A program made the translations under genes and the position numbers. The notes beneath the pieces were generated by a model. The model made no database searches. It was not told the origin of the DNA and saw only the letters and a list, made by a program, of their open reading frames with translations. A stretch of 64,000 nt of DNA from the human T2T-CHM13v2.0 reference genome, Homo sapiens. This document shows, piece after piece, positions 14,133 to 29,027 of the stretch. Within the stretch, counting starts at the first letter, position 1. Each line of letters opens with the position of its first letter. The DNA lies in assembly GCF_009914755.1 (NCBI RefSeq), contig NC_060927.1. One strand, written 5' to 3'.

Positions 14133-15044
14133 ATGTGTACCCATTTTCATAACTGAATAAACAATTTTCATCAAAGTAAAGAAGAAAGCAAAGCTTGTCA
14201 CCAAACCTCTCCACAGCAGACCTCACTCCACCCATCATGCTGATACTATCCCATGAAGAAACTGACTCAATAGATTAGAATTATATATTAAAAAACTTAT
14301 TTTCAGTTGACTTTCAACCTGTGCAAGCGAAGTGATATGAATTAAAGAATATTTGTACAAACCATTAAGAAAATGGGTCCAAGGATTAATTTTCTTTTAA
14401 ATATAGCTAGGGTTGCTTTAATAAATTGATTAAGGAATGATACAGAAAAATCCAGGAAAAGAACAAAAGAGAGACAGCCCCTACCCACCCCCACCTCCAA
14501 CCCAATGAGTTACAGGAGCCTGAACAATACATAACTTGGCCTTGAAGGGTTACTAAACTATGGCAATGGCCTTTCTGCTTCATGCTTCTTTGCCTCAGAC
14601 CCCCTCTGGTGAGACATGACTGGGCAGCATACTAAGTTCTGGTCAGGGGCTCAGGGACCTTAGTTATGGCAGAGAACTTTAGAGATGGATATTGATGAAT
14701 GCAGGATAGTCAGAACACGAAGCAGACCATAAGGACTAGAATGATAGCATGCAGGAGGCCACATCTCGTCCTCAACAGTGTGGTACAGGGACTACATCTG
14801 GTTCTCTGCCCCCTCTCCTCCAATGGTTCTCTGTCCCCTCTCCTCCAGTGGAACAGGCTATTGCAGGAGATGACAAGTTCCCTGTGCCTAGAGGATTCAA
14901 GCTTAGGTTAAACAGTAACTAGGAAGAGGTGTTGCAGAGGTGATTTAATCTGGAGGTGAAAGTATGCTACATTAATGGTCACTTTCAACCCTGAGCTCCT
15001 GACAAGCAACCAGTTCCTTTGCATTTCACTACTCTCTAGACTCA

Positions 15045-15410
15045 CCTCACTTCAGTCAATGGGTGTTCATTCACTCAGGACAGTTATTGTGCACCCGCTG
15101 TATGCCATGGAGCAGGAGTCAGTAGTCAACAGGACAACACACCTCTGTCCTCTTGAATCCTACATTCTCCTTGGTGGATGCACAAAATAAACCTATAAAT
15201 CAATGTATGAATAAGATCATCCCGGGCAAGCTCTATGAATAAAATACAAGAAAGAGTGTGATAGAAACTAATGGGGGAGGGGCTGCTTTGGACAGAGTGG
15301 TCAGAAAAACCATCTGTACAGGGGAGACATCTGAGAAAAATGGCAAGAAAGTGCCTGGCATGGAAGAAGTGATGCTAGGTTGAGGGAACAGCGTGTGCAA
15401 AGGCCCTGAG
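15045..15410 (-). mobile_element. L2 fragment
   Basis: ttcattcactca...gagggaacagcgtgtgcaaaggccctgag. Confidence 0.65.
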
Positions 15411-16334
15411 AAGTCTTCTGAAAACTTGAACTCAAATGTTCATGAATTGCATCCCAGCCTAAAGGTCTCACCACAGGCCAACAGTCCCTAACCTCACAGC
15501 CTGCCTCTCTTTCCCCTAATTGACCAAGTCAAGGCTGACCTGTATTGCCCACTGAAAAGTGTTTTCTGGGAGGGGGCACAAAGGGCAGCCCCCAGTTTGT
15601 AGGGAATTGAGATGTAACGGGGCAAGAACCTCCACTTTCCTACCAGAAGTTCAGAGTCCACTTTTCTGGGGCACAGGCCTCATGGAAAATACAATGTAAG
15701 GGGAAACCTCTGGAAAAATAACTGTGCTTCAAGTGCCTCGTGTAGATTTCAGGACGTTCAGTGGGGCTCCAGGTTCAGAGCTCTTATCTGTGGAGATTCA
15801 GAAGACAGAAACTAAATTGCCAAGAAGAAAGATACCAAATGGGTGCAGACCAGGAAAACTCTACAGATGGAGGGGGCAATCTGCTAGAAATGAATGAATG
15901 TGGGAGAAGGAGACAAGATCAGGTCCCTGGACCCTTAAATAGACTCCCACACTCACAGAGACTAGACAATGTCAGACTGTCAGGAGACCCAAGGCTTAAA
16001 AGAATCAAGTGAAATCTACCCACCCTCCCCCCAACCAAGAGGCAAACATTCAATCACACCCCAGAGCTTCCAGAGAAGGTCCAAGACCCCATTTCCCAAC
16101 AGTGTCCTTGACAAAGTTCATCTCTAATCCCACATTCTGAGATATACTTTGCACAAGGCTAGTTAGCCATAGGAGGTGTTACAGCAAAGCTCAAATTTCC
16201 CAGTGCGGAAGGGAACACCATGTCTACTGTGTAAGCACCACCAGCTCCTTACCAGAATAAGGGGAAGGAGCAACTGCCTGCACACCCACCTCATTGAGAA
16301 GCTAGGGCTGTGCACGCGCTGTTAGATGTCAGTG

Positions 16335-16510
16335 ATAATAATCACAAGAGCAGCTAACACAGAGGATTTACCCTGCCCCAGTCAGTATTTTAAGCACTTT
16401 ATCCCTATACAACTCTTTAAGGTTTGTACTGTTATCATCCCCACTTTACAGATGAGAAAACTGAGGCATAGGTAAGCGAAGTAACTTGCCTAGGACTACA
16501 CAGCTAAGAC
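16335..16510 (-). mobile_element. MIR
   Basis: atccccactttacagatgagaaaactgaggcatagg...gtaacttgcc. Confidence 0.8.
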
Positions 16511-16899
16511 AAAGACCTAGCAAAGCTCCCCTTCTCCACACCCCAGGGAAGAAAGTGGTTATACCTGGGTAGTGCATGGAACGCTTAAAAATAAGTTTCT
16601 ACCGGTACATTCAGGGCAACTACCGTCTGGCAGTTCTCGCGTCCTCGCCCAGTGCGGGAAGCAAGCCTGGGCCAGGCAATAAATCCAGCAAGCCGAGTCC
16701 TCTAAGAACAAGGCGCTCTGTTTCCGCAACATTCAAGCCCGTGATGGGGCTGCTGATAGTGCAAGAGCAGCTCTCCACCACCGCAAAGCCCAAGGGAACC
16801 CGTTTCCACTCGGCTCAATCAGCTTCCAGCCTCAGAAAACGCTCACCCGTCTCTGGCTGCGAGGCACCCACGCTGACCTTAACCCCTTGGCGTCCTCCA

Positions 16900-18250
16900 C
16901 CCTGGTGTCCTATCTCGGGATTTTCTGGCTGCTCGGTTTACAAGATGCAGCCGCCGGGACAAGGGCCTCATGCAGGCTGGGACGGCGCCCGCCGCCCGGA
17001 GCGCCCTGAGCCCGGCTCCCCCGCCGCGAAGTGACCCGCGGCCCTGTGAGCCGCCACCAGCAGCGCCCGACGCGACGCTGACCTGCGGGTGCCCCGCGGG
17101 GCTGGAGAAGAAAGTTGAGCGAAAGGGGCGCGTCCCAGGACAGGTGGCACCTCCCTCCCCGGAAGTGGCTCCGGGAATTTTCGCTCAAGGGGCTACCCGG
17201 GGAACAGAGTCAGGGTCCCCAGCAGGAGCGACGGCTAGTCGAGGCTGGCGGTGGCACTGCCCACCTGCGCTGCGCCCAGTGCGCCCCCGTGCGCTGGGCA
17301 TACCCCAGACCAGGGAGCGCTCAGGGCCCGCCGGGGACGCCGAGACCTGGCAGGGTAACTCGGAGGTGGGAGTGGGGGTCCAGCTCGGGGACCAGGGCAA
17401 AGGAGGGACTAGACCGGAAGACGGTCTCACTCCGGGAGACCTAGCGGGGGTGTCCCGCCAAAGGGGTGTCTAGCCGGGGAGGGTCTAGCGCGGGAGCGGG
17501 TTTCCCGACTGCTTCCCGCACTCACCTCGACCCCCGCGCTGGTTCGGCCTCTCCAGGCTGGAAAACTCACCGCGGCGGCGGCGGCTGCGGCGGCGGCTCC
17601 CCTGGGCTGGGCGGGGCCGGGGGCGGGGAGGCCGGGCCGGCCACGTGGGCGGGAGGCGGGCCGGGGACCCCCGCGGGCGCCGGAGCCGGGCGACGCAGGA
17701 CTTGGACGTGGCCACGCCCGGCCACCGCTCGACACCCCAGCTCCCCATGCACGGCCTAGGTCTACAGGGAGGCTAGAAAGAGGAGAGCGGAGGCCCCAGG
17801 ACATCCCTCCCCCGCCGCCACCTAAATCAGACTCAGGCGGAGAGAATTGACCGAGTCGGAGGAGGGGTAAACAGCCCTGCCCCTCGCTCCCACTGTCCCG
17901 CCAGAGAACGCGCCGCGGAAACCCCGAGGGCGGGTCAAGGGCCAGGTACCCGAGTGGGAGTGGACTCTCGTGCCGGGGTGGTAGGGGCTACCCTAGCGGT
18001 CCAGGGCCAGAGCCTGCACGCGGCGCCCCCACCCCCACCGCTGGGCTGATCTTGGGTGTGTCAGATCTTGCCCAAGCCTCACTTTCCTCCACGGTGGAGG
18101 TGAGAATGAGGACGAGCCTGGAGCTGCGTGAACCCCGGCGCCCAGCAAGCTCTCAGGAATCGCCGGCCTGTAGGTGGACGCAGAGCCTGAAAGTGAGGGG
18201 CCTGGGTCGTGCATACGGAAATAAATATGGGACTCTAAATAAAGCGAGTT
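16900..18250 (-). promoter_or_regulatory. ARHGEF3: CpG island promoter of the long ARHGEF3 isoform
   Basis: Very high GC and CpG density, GC boxes (GGGCGG) at ~17608-17660, E-box CACGTG 17642-17647, minus-strand splice donors; gene order SPATA12-ARHGEF3-IL17RD on 3p14.3. Confidence 0.85.
17571..17640 (-). other. ARHGEF3: Probable ARHGEF3 non-coding first exon (start site approximate)
   Basis: Donor GCG|gtgagt at 17571/17570, alternative donor GAG|gtgagt at 17526/17525; (CCG)n leader. Confidence 0.6.
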
Positions 18251-19199
18251 TCTGCAGGCATTCATTCATTCAACAGATGAACGCCTACGGTCTTCACCAC
18301 CTCTTAAAATCAGAAATAAAGAATGCCCCAGACTGTAGTTACTGGGCTCAAGAAAGTGTAAACTCTGATGCTAAAAATAAAAAATTCATCGGTTCCCCCC
18401 ATGTGCCAGCGGTGCATTTTAGGTGCTTGATCGAAGTTAACATTAACGACAGCCTTTAAGGTGGAGGGCCTGTGCGGGCCCGCTTCTCAAATGAAGAAAT
18501 CGAAGCTTAGCAAGGTGAAGCCAGCCCCCAGAGCCAGAGGATCACAGTCTGGCCCCTGTTTACAGAGGAAAGAGCATCAGCCCAAAGTACTAAGACTCTT
18601 GCGCAGGTGCAGGAAGGGTGTGAGGGTTGAGAGCTCCCTGGGAGACCACCTGTAGTGACAGCAGCAGCTGGGATGCAGATCTTCCAGACTTACTTCACAG
18701 CAACCTCTGCCTTCTGTTGCAAGTGCTCAGCCTTGCAGTGCTGGGTGGCCTCTTCCTGGCCTGCAGCCCACCTTTTGGGCCAGAAACTGGGCATCTTGAG
18801 CAAACCAACTTCTGTTCCAACAGCTGCAACTTCATCCCACTACAGCTTCTGGGGGTTCCTTGACCCCAGACTCAATGCGTTATGACCCACCAGTTTCCTA
18901 TTCAGGGAACACACTCTCTCCAGTACTCCGTTTCCAAGGACAACTCCTGTGTCCAGACCCCTAGTCCTCAACCTTTTCCCCAAGAACCCTTTTGTCATTC
19001 TCCTTCCTCCCTAAAGCAGAAGATCCCTACGACAACCAGGCGTGTTTATCAAGTAATTACATTTACTAAGCAAAGGGCTTCTCCTCTCTCTGAAGAGCCT
19101 GCTCCCTCATCTGAGCCCAGCAGTCCCTTCAGATCCGCCAGCCAACACCTGGTGTTCTACCCAGGCAAGCTTGTCAAAGAGAAAAGTTTTCTTTGCATG

Positions 19200-19620
19200 A
19201 GATTCAATTTAACAATTATTTGAGCATCTACTACATGCCACACACTGTGCTAGGCTCTGGGGACAGTAGTGACTGGATACCAAGATAGACACTATCCCTG
19301 ACCTTATGGAGCTTATGAGCTGATGAGGGAGATAGTCGACTGACCCCTCACCAGGCAGCAAGGGATCAGGATGTGGTGACAGACACCTGGAAGAAGTACT
19401 GGCCCAGGCAGAGCACAGGTCACACTGCTGGAAGTCCATGGACGGGGGAGGTAAGGGGAGAAAGAGGCTGGAGGGGCCTTGATGGACAAAGTGAGACATT
19501 AGACCTTGTCCACCGAAAGGTTCAGACAGAGACATGATGGGATGTGAGCTACAGTTTGAAGACATCACACTGGCTGCTGAGTGAAAGATGATGTGGCAAG
19601 TGAGTCTCCTATATACAGCC
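19200..19620 (-). mobile_element. L2 fragment
   Basis: ttcaatttaacaattatttgagcatctactacatgccacacactgtgctagg. Confidence 0.7.
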
Positions 19621-20067
19621 AAAGGCAATGTGCCTTTTTATTATTACTAAAGGCAAATGCCTTGACTTCCTCTGTTTTATAATTCAGGATTTCCGGAAAG
19701 CAGGACACATCTGCAAGTAGGATATTTAGATTAGCAACACAGCAATTTAACCCACAAGGTTTCTATGTGCAGCTCTCCCACCCTCTCCTATCCATGCTGT
19801 GCTTGGCCCTGAGGTGGGCTTAGGGTTGGGGAGGACTTCGTTCCTAGACTCAGACTGAGAGTCTGTGGGGGGAGAGGTGATACACCCAAAGACAGTCCTT
19901 TATGGGGTGAGAGAGAAGATAGGCAGGAAATGTGGATGTCTATCCACAAAGTTTGGAAACTGGTGAAGACTCCAGAAGCCTCTGATGGTCAGTCATCTCT
20001 TCTCCTTGAAATAGTCAGTTTATTCATAAGGGCCCGTTCTTAAGTTCAGTTCCCTCTCCCCAAACTA

Positions 20068-20381
<314 letters not shown>

Positions 20382-20979
20382 TCAGGCTAGGGTGGGATCA
20401 GGGCAGTTACTTAACAAAATCATCAATTGGGGAAGCCAGGGTTTCTGCAAGAAACCCCCACCTGGATGGGCAAAGGATGAGCTGTGACTGACACCAAGCA
20501 GAAAAGCAATGGAGAGGGGCCAGGGCAAGGGGCTGGGTAGCACCTTCAGGGAAAGCAGCCGCAGGAGAAGGCACAACCAGGGTCAAGGGTGGGACTCTGA
20601 GATGACTGGCCCCAGCCACCTAGTAACCACTGGGTACCTTGAACACTTGCTGAGTGTCTGTTGTGTGTAACCTTACATTTAAAACCCTCTGCTTATGTAA
20701 CACTACTCACTGTAAAGCAATATAGAAAATAGCAGAGGTACAAAGAATAAGAAAACCCACCCACAATCACACCATCCAGCAGTAACCACTGTTAATCTGT
20801 GTCCTTTATTTTTCATTTAACATATTGTGAATGCTTTCCTTTGTCGTGAAATATTCTCCCACAACATGACTGCTAAAGGCCATTTGGTCCATTGTATGCA
20901 TGTGCCCTCTTATAATCAATTCCGACTGGTACTTGGTTTGTTCCTCATTTCTCGTTATCAGGATAATGCTTAGTAATGA

Positions 20980-21643
<664 letters not shown>

Positions 21644-21812
21644 TAAAGATAAAACCCCAGAAGTGGAATTACTGGAAGAGACATTTAACTCTCTGCCTGT
21701 AGCAATGCACTGTATAGATGCTCCCCCTCCCCCACTTTTTGGCATTTGAAAGGTGTGCCGTGTCCGGTTGCGGTCTTCACCCAGGGGATGGTGATGTGTC
21801 TGGGTATCGGTC

Positions 21813-22108
<296 letters not shown>

Positions 22109-22665
22109 TGGGTGTCAGTCTTATTGTTCAGGCCTAAGCAATGCTCTTCAAGTGCTACTAAAAGCCTTCTTTGGAAGCAAGTCCTTTCTGCTTTCATAAT
22201 CTGGGTTAGAAAACCTGAGGAGCAAGGCTGAGCTGGGGAGTGGGAAGACAGAGAGAGGCTGTGGAGTGGGAAATACCTGAGTTCAAATACAACTTGAGCC
22301 CTGTCCTGAGGTGGGACATGGGCTCCAAAGTCCCTTTGGGAGGCTGAGGGGAGCTCAGGCACTATGCAATGCATGGCATAGTAGCAGGCATCCAACACAC
22401 ATTGGTAATTCTGATACGGCTCGTGTCGCTAACCAAACCTGTGTCTATAGCAAGCTATTATCCAGTCTGAGGACAGGAACCACAGGGTGTAAAACCTTGA
22501 GATAACAGAGCCTTGTGGGGGAAATACATAAAACAGCCCAGTCGTTCTCCACTCTGGGATCATGGTAAATGGATGGGAGCCATGTTCCAATTTGCAAAGT
22601 GAGGCACAGATGCAGTTTTCTCTTCTAGGGAGCCTTTTAAATTTACTAATAACTGTTATTTCTCA

Positions 22666-22970
22666 GCCGGGCACATGGCTCATGCCTGTAATCCTAGCGC
22701 TTTGAGAGGCCAAAGCAGGTAGATTGCTTGAGCCCAGGAGTTCAAGACCAGCCTGGGCAACATGGTGAAACCCCATCTCTACAAAAAAACACAAAAATCA
22801 GTGGGGCATGGTGGCGCAGGCCTATAGTCCCAGCTACTCAGGAGGCTAAAGTGGGAGGATCGCTTGAGCCTGGGAGGTTGAGGCTGTAGTGAGTGGATCT
22901 GCAGCTTGGGTGACACAGTGAGACCCTGTTAAATAAATAATAAAAATAATAAAGAAAGAAAAGAAAAAAA
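22666..22970 (+). mobile_element. AluJ-like
   Basis: Alu dimer. Confidence 0.88.
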
Positions 22971-23004
22971 CACTATTATTCCCTATCTTGATGACAGCTA
23001 AAAC

Positions 23005-23190
23005 AGATAGTAATGTTTTTGAGCACTTGTCATGTGCCAGGCACTGAGCGGGCTATCCCCTCCCATCCCCTGCTTTATCCTCACAACAACCCCATGAGGC
23101 AGGTACATTTTTTTACCTTCGTCTGACTGATGAGGAAACTGAGAACCAGGGAGATGAGGTGACTTGCCCCAGTGACTACTCAGTGGTAGG
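23005..23190 (-). mobile_element. MIR
   Basis: atcctcacaacaaccccatgaggcaggt...gatgaggaaactgag. Confidence 0.8.
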
Positions 23191-23755
23191 GTGGGGTGCA
23201 AGCTGGTTAAAGCAGTAAAACAAGAGTCCAGTCCAGATGGAAGGCCTCCGCAAGGGATACGGCCTCCCCTCATGAAGCAACATTCTAGTGAGCAAGAGGT
23301 TCCTGAAGACACATGTCAGGACCTAGACTAGAGGTGGACAGTAGACAGGGAAGGTCTCATTGCAAAGGAGGGATGGAGACTGAGAAAGGGTGATTCAGGT
23401 AGAAGAAACAGCACATGCAAAGAACCCGGGGCAGGAACACAGGAGTGAGGAATTTCAACAGTCTGGTATGATCAGAGAAAGAAGGGACACAGAGAGGAGA
23501 AGTCAGCAAGGCATCACATAAGAGATTCGGTATTCACTTCCAGGGCCACTAGTGGTTTTCAGCAGAAAGTGACATCTGATCAAGTACCCATCTCCCTTGA
23601 AGACCATTCCCAGCTGCCCTGTGGAACTGAGACCTCCAGGAGGCAGGGATTCCATTTCAGTTAGCTACGCCATCAGCTACCCAGGCCAGGGCCAAGGGAG
23701 ACATTCAGGAGAAATCCCATTTCGTAACTGTACACCTCCTAACCTGCCCCCATGA

Positions 23756-24162
<407 letters not shown>

Positions 24163-25109
24163 CTATTATTAACTGTTTTCTAGATGGAGAAAATAAGTCC
24201 TAAACAGGGCAAGGCACCTGCTTAGGGAAACACAGAAAATGGCAAACTGAGATCTAAGTTCAAGATGCCTCAGACCAAAGCCTGCCTCAACTTTAATCAC
24301 AATGCTAATTTTCATCTCATGAATAATAACACACAATTATACACAGGTGTGCAAGATACTGAAGCATATCTACCTCCAGAGATACAGAACCAAAGGCAGG
24401 ACCTGACTGTATTTGCATTCAGCTGCCAGGCATGCTCCTGCCTTTCTTTTCTACAAGTTTCCTCTGGCCTGGCCTTGCCCAACCTGGTAGGAAAAGTCTA
24501 TGGTTTGTTTTGAGGCTGATGTCTGCCCACTCCCCAGAATGTCTCTGACCAGCAAGAGTGAAAAAGACCAGGCAGAGCCATCTCATTCTGGAAGACTGTT
24601 ATTTGATCTCCTCCCACCTCCCTCCACTAATTTCTAAAACTTGGGAAATTGCCCTGACCTTGTGCTGATGGTTTGAGAAACAACCCCTGCCTTTGTTCAC
24701 ATTCAGAGTGGAGAGTGGTCATCTGCCTGGCACAGAGACCTTACAGCAGCAAGTCCAGAAAAATGTATCTCTATCAGGATTAAATGGCAACCAGGAAAAA
24801 AGGAGTCTGGGGAATGGAACATCAGCAGATCTCAAGGTGCACAGTCAACTGTCACAGGCTATGTGTGGTCAGCTATTGGGAACCCCAGAGCTAATGTCTT
24901 AATTTTGCCAAATTAAGTTCCTCTTCAACCCTCACCTCTGCAACAGCCAGGCATGGACCCACCCTTTTCTTTTAGGGGATAGAAATGATACAACTTATCA
25001 CCTGACAAAGCACTTGGCCTAAAGTTCCTTGTGGGCATGGAACTGTCTCCCACCCATCCCGATATGGCCCCCAAAAAGCCCAAGACCTGCTCTTCCATTA
25101 TATAATTAA

Positions 25110-25300
25110 TAGCTACTATTCACCAAGTACCTGGCATTTGCTGAGCACAGCCTTGGGTACTTTATATACTCCATCTCATTTAATCCTCACAATAACCCTT
25201 TGTGGTGAGTATTAGGCCCATCTTACAGATGAAGAAACTGAGTTTCAGAACACTTAGATGACTTGCCCTCAACTCTATACATAGGAAGAGGTGGAGTCAG
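25110..25300 (-). mobile_element. MIR
   Basis: atctcatttaatcctcacaataaccc...ttacagatgaagaaactgag. Confidence 0.8.
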
Positions 25301-25981
25301 GAGGGCAGGAGTACTGTGTACCATGTCCATCACTATGTCTGTTTCCCAGCACACACTTTGGAATTAACCCTGTTAAGGCAGTTGTAGCATGTATAAATGT
25401 GAAAGATGGTGCAAGGTCCCTTCCAGAAAGAGGCCAGGGAGCCAAGCTCACTGATCTTGCATTTCTTTTCTTTAATCCCAAGGGCCCCATTTGAATTTTC
25501 TCATTGCAAAAGTTCTTATGCCGTGTTTGTGTCCATCTCTCCCCTTCATTGCATCCTCTAACTTATCCTATTCTTGGGCCTCTTATGATTTCATTCCTTG
25601 TGGACAGTGAGGACAGAATATGCTGAGGGAGCAGTGGGAAACACATTTATTGGGGACCCACTGTGCCCAGGACTGCAAAGATAGATTTTATGTCTCCTCC
25701 CTCCTCCACCTGCTTAGCTTATCACCTGTAGTTCTTATTCAACTAAAGCAACAATTTTTTTTTTTTTTGTAGTTAGAGCCTGTAAGAGGAAGCTGGTCTT
25801 TGCTCCTCTAATGCTGGTATTTCTAAAACAAAGCAAAGCCAGTGGCAGGGCCCCACAGATGTTGGGGACTGCAAGAACCCTAGGCAGCTGTAAAAACAGA
25901 GAGCTTTCTAATATCATGGTAAAAATGAGGGCTTCTCATGCTGTCCCAAGAGAACATTAATAGAAAGTACTAGCTGCAATG

Positions 25982-26312
25982 TTTTTTTTTTCTTTTTTAA
26001 CTTTTTAATTTTAACTTAAAATTTTTTGAGACAGGATCTTGCTCTGTTGCCCAGGCTGCAGTGAAGTGGTGTGATCATATAGTTCACTGCAGCCTCAAAC
26101 TCCTGGGCTCAAGTGATCCTTTCACCTCAGCCTCCTGAATACCTAGGACTACTAGCACACACCACCATGCCCAGCTAATTTTTAAATTTTTTTGTAAAGA
26201 TGGGGTCTTGCTATGTTGCCCAGGCTGGTCTTAGACTTCTGGTCTGAAGTGATTCTCCTGTCTTGGCCTCCCAAAGTGCTGAGATTACAGGTGTAAGTCA
26301 CCATGCCTGAAC
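25982..26312 (-). mobile_element. AluJ-like, antisense
   Basis: Reverse Alu. Confidence 0.88.
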
Positions 26313-26904
26313 TATTTGTACTTTTTGAGGCCTCAGCCTGCTAAGTAGGTGAGTCTATAGGTGCGCACTGCCAAGCCCAGCTGTAACTTTTATTTTAATG
26401 AAAGAAAAGGAAAGAGAAATTCATGTATTGCAGTATCTGCCTAACGAGATCCATTTGCTTCAACTCTGAACCAGATTTACACTCAGAATTTGCAAGAGAA
26501 AGGAACCAAGTCACTCAAGATTCTTCCTTCCGCTTAAACTGTTACTGAGGGACAGAGCCGCCTATTGATCAGGAGTGGTGATGCTTCAATCAGACTTCAA
26601 CTCCAGTGCTGCCAATTCCTTGTTTGTGCCCTTGGCAAAGCTATAGAATTTCTAGACATCAGAATCTCAAAATTGAGGCTGCTGATAGTACCCCCCATAG
26701 GGGGTCATGGTGAGAAAAAACATGAAGAGCACTAAGAGCAGGAACCAGCCCTACTGACATTCAGAGGTTGGCAATCATCACTTCCTCTCTGCCACTCATT
26801 TTACGGGAAAGCTCTCTATTGCCTTTGACCACACATTTTTGAGTCCATCCCTACCTGGCTGGCTTGACCTTTACCAAGGGGTTACCTGAGCAGTCTAGGT
26901 AGGG

Positions 26905-27080
26905 TTTGCCTCAGCTCATATCCTGGCTCTGCCACTAGCCAGCTATGGGATCACAAGTCAGTTATAGCCTCTCTGAGCCTCAGTTTCCTCATCTGTATAA
27001 TGGGAACAGTACGATTGGCCACCTCACAGAGCAGCCGTGAAGATGAATGAGATGATGTGTGTAAAGCACTTAGCACTCCT
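26905..27080 (+). mobile_element. MIR
   Basis: ctctctgagcctcagtttcctcatctgtataatggg. Confidence 0.82.
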
Positions 27081-27668
27081 GGAACTAAAAAGAATTGACA
27101 GAGTGTGGGGGAAAAGGAAATCAATGGGAGAAATGACAAGGAGCCTCCTGGGTGACTCTACCCAGGAGAAACGAAGGCTATGCGAAGGTCAGGAGGCAAG
27201 AATGTGTGAGAATTTCCTCCTCTCAGAAACAACAGTGCTTCCCTCAGAGCTGTTTTCTTTGAGGGGGTTTTGTTTTTTACCACTCCTTCTGTTTTCCTTG
27301 GGTTCCCCAGAGTAGGTTGTAGGCCCTGAGCACATTAACATCCCAGTGAAGTATGAGAAGGAACAAGTAAATAAGGAAGATCCAGTTTTTAAAATCTATT
27401 ATGGTCCCAAGACCCCAAACTTAGACTATATCCTGCTCGGGCAATGGTCAAAAGCTTGTATTCTATGTCCTTGCTATTTGTTAACCCTCACTGTTCTCCT
27501 GTGGACACTGTCATTTACTGAGCATGGACTATGAGCCAGGAATGCGCAGGTGGCACTTTACATTCACCATGCAGTTTAATTCACTGCCCTCTAAAGTAGG
27601 ACCTCTTTACGGGTGAGAGGCTGAGGGGCAGAGTCTGACAGTCACTGGGGCACAGCAACAGTAGCAGA

Positions 27669-27804
27669 GGCCAGGCATAGTGGCTCACACCTGTAGTCCC
27701 AGCACTTTGGGAGACTGAGACGGGAGGATCGCCTGAGCTCAGGAGCTCAAGAGCAGCCTGGGCAAATTAGGGAGAGCCTACCTCTTTAAAAAAAAAAAAA
27801 AAAA
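27669..27804 (+). mobile_element. Alu monomer (FLAM-like)
   Basis: Single Alu arm with poly-A. Confidence 0.82.
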
Positions 27805-28278
27805 TTCAGCAGAGCTGGGACCTGACCCTGAAGGTGATGGACACCAAGAAGTTAACTCACAGAGCATGGGGGTCACAGGAGGGGAGGATGTCCATGGAAG
27901 ACTGAGCAGGCATCTCTTTTTCTGAGTGACAAAAAAAATTTGCGTGCAGCCCCCAAATCTCAGTGGCTTTTTTCAAATTTCTAAAAAGAAAGTCCATTTG
28001 TTCTGAGAAGTCAAATTTCTTTCTGACATAAGTAACCCTGTTGCAACAGGGAAGCCTCCTGATGCCACACGGGTAATGGGCGACTGATTGCCTGTGGAGC
28101 CGAGCTGAAGGTCTAGGGCAGCAGGGTCCTGTTCTCTAAAGGGCAAGGAAGACTGGCCACCCCTGGCCTCCTCGTCCTGAGGCAGAGCCCTCTGAAAACT
28201 GGGCTGGGAACCCCAGACAGTCAGGAAACAAGAAAGATGTGCTGAAAAATGAGCCACTACAACCTTAAAACAAAACAT

Positions 28279-28288
28279 TTTATTTAAT
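28279..28288 (-). terminator. IL17RD: IL17RD distal polyadenylation signal (overlapping ATTAAA/AATAAA)
   Basis: Plus strand tttatttaat reads ATTAAATAAA on minus, followed by TGTTTTGTTTT; upstream UGUA motifs at ~28303 and 28363. Confidence 0.82.
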
Positions 28289-28607
28289 GCAGAAATTCTA
28301 AGGTACAAAAACATTTTGTAAATGTCAGCTGTGATCTACTTTCACCTAGTTACAGAGTTATGTACAAATCAAGTCATTAACATTTTCAATGTCAAAAATA
28401 CAGCACGCTGTTAAGAGTTCTGTCAGTGCTCATTATCCCACTAGATCCCACAAAGGGCAAACTCAAAGATGAAACAAAGGCAACGCCATCAATAACCACC
28501 ATATTCCACAGGCTTTCTCCCCTAGGACGTACTAACAGGGAGTTTCCACAGGGAAAAATTCTCTTTTAAAAAATTAACAGTAAAAATAGGAGTTACTTAC
28601 TATCTAG

Positions 28608-29027
<420 letters not shown>

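Noticed and set aside
16576-18459. Many overlapping 60-167 aa ORFs on both strands
   Set aside because: Low-complexity Pro/Gly/Arg/Ala frames expected in a CpG island with few stop codons
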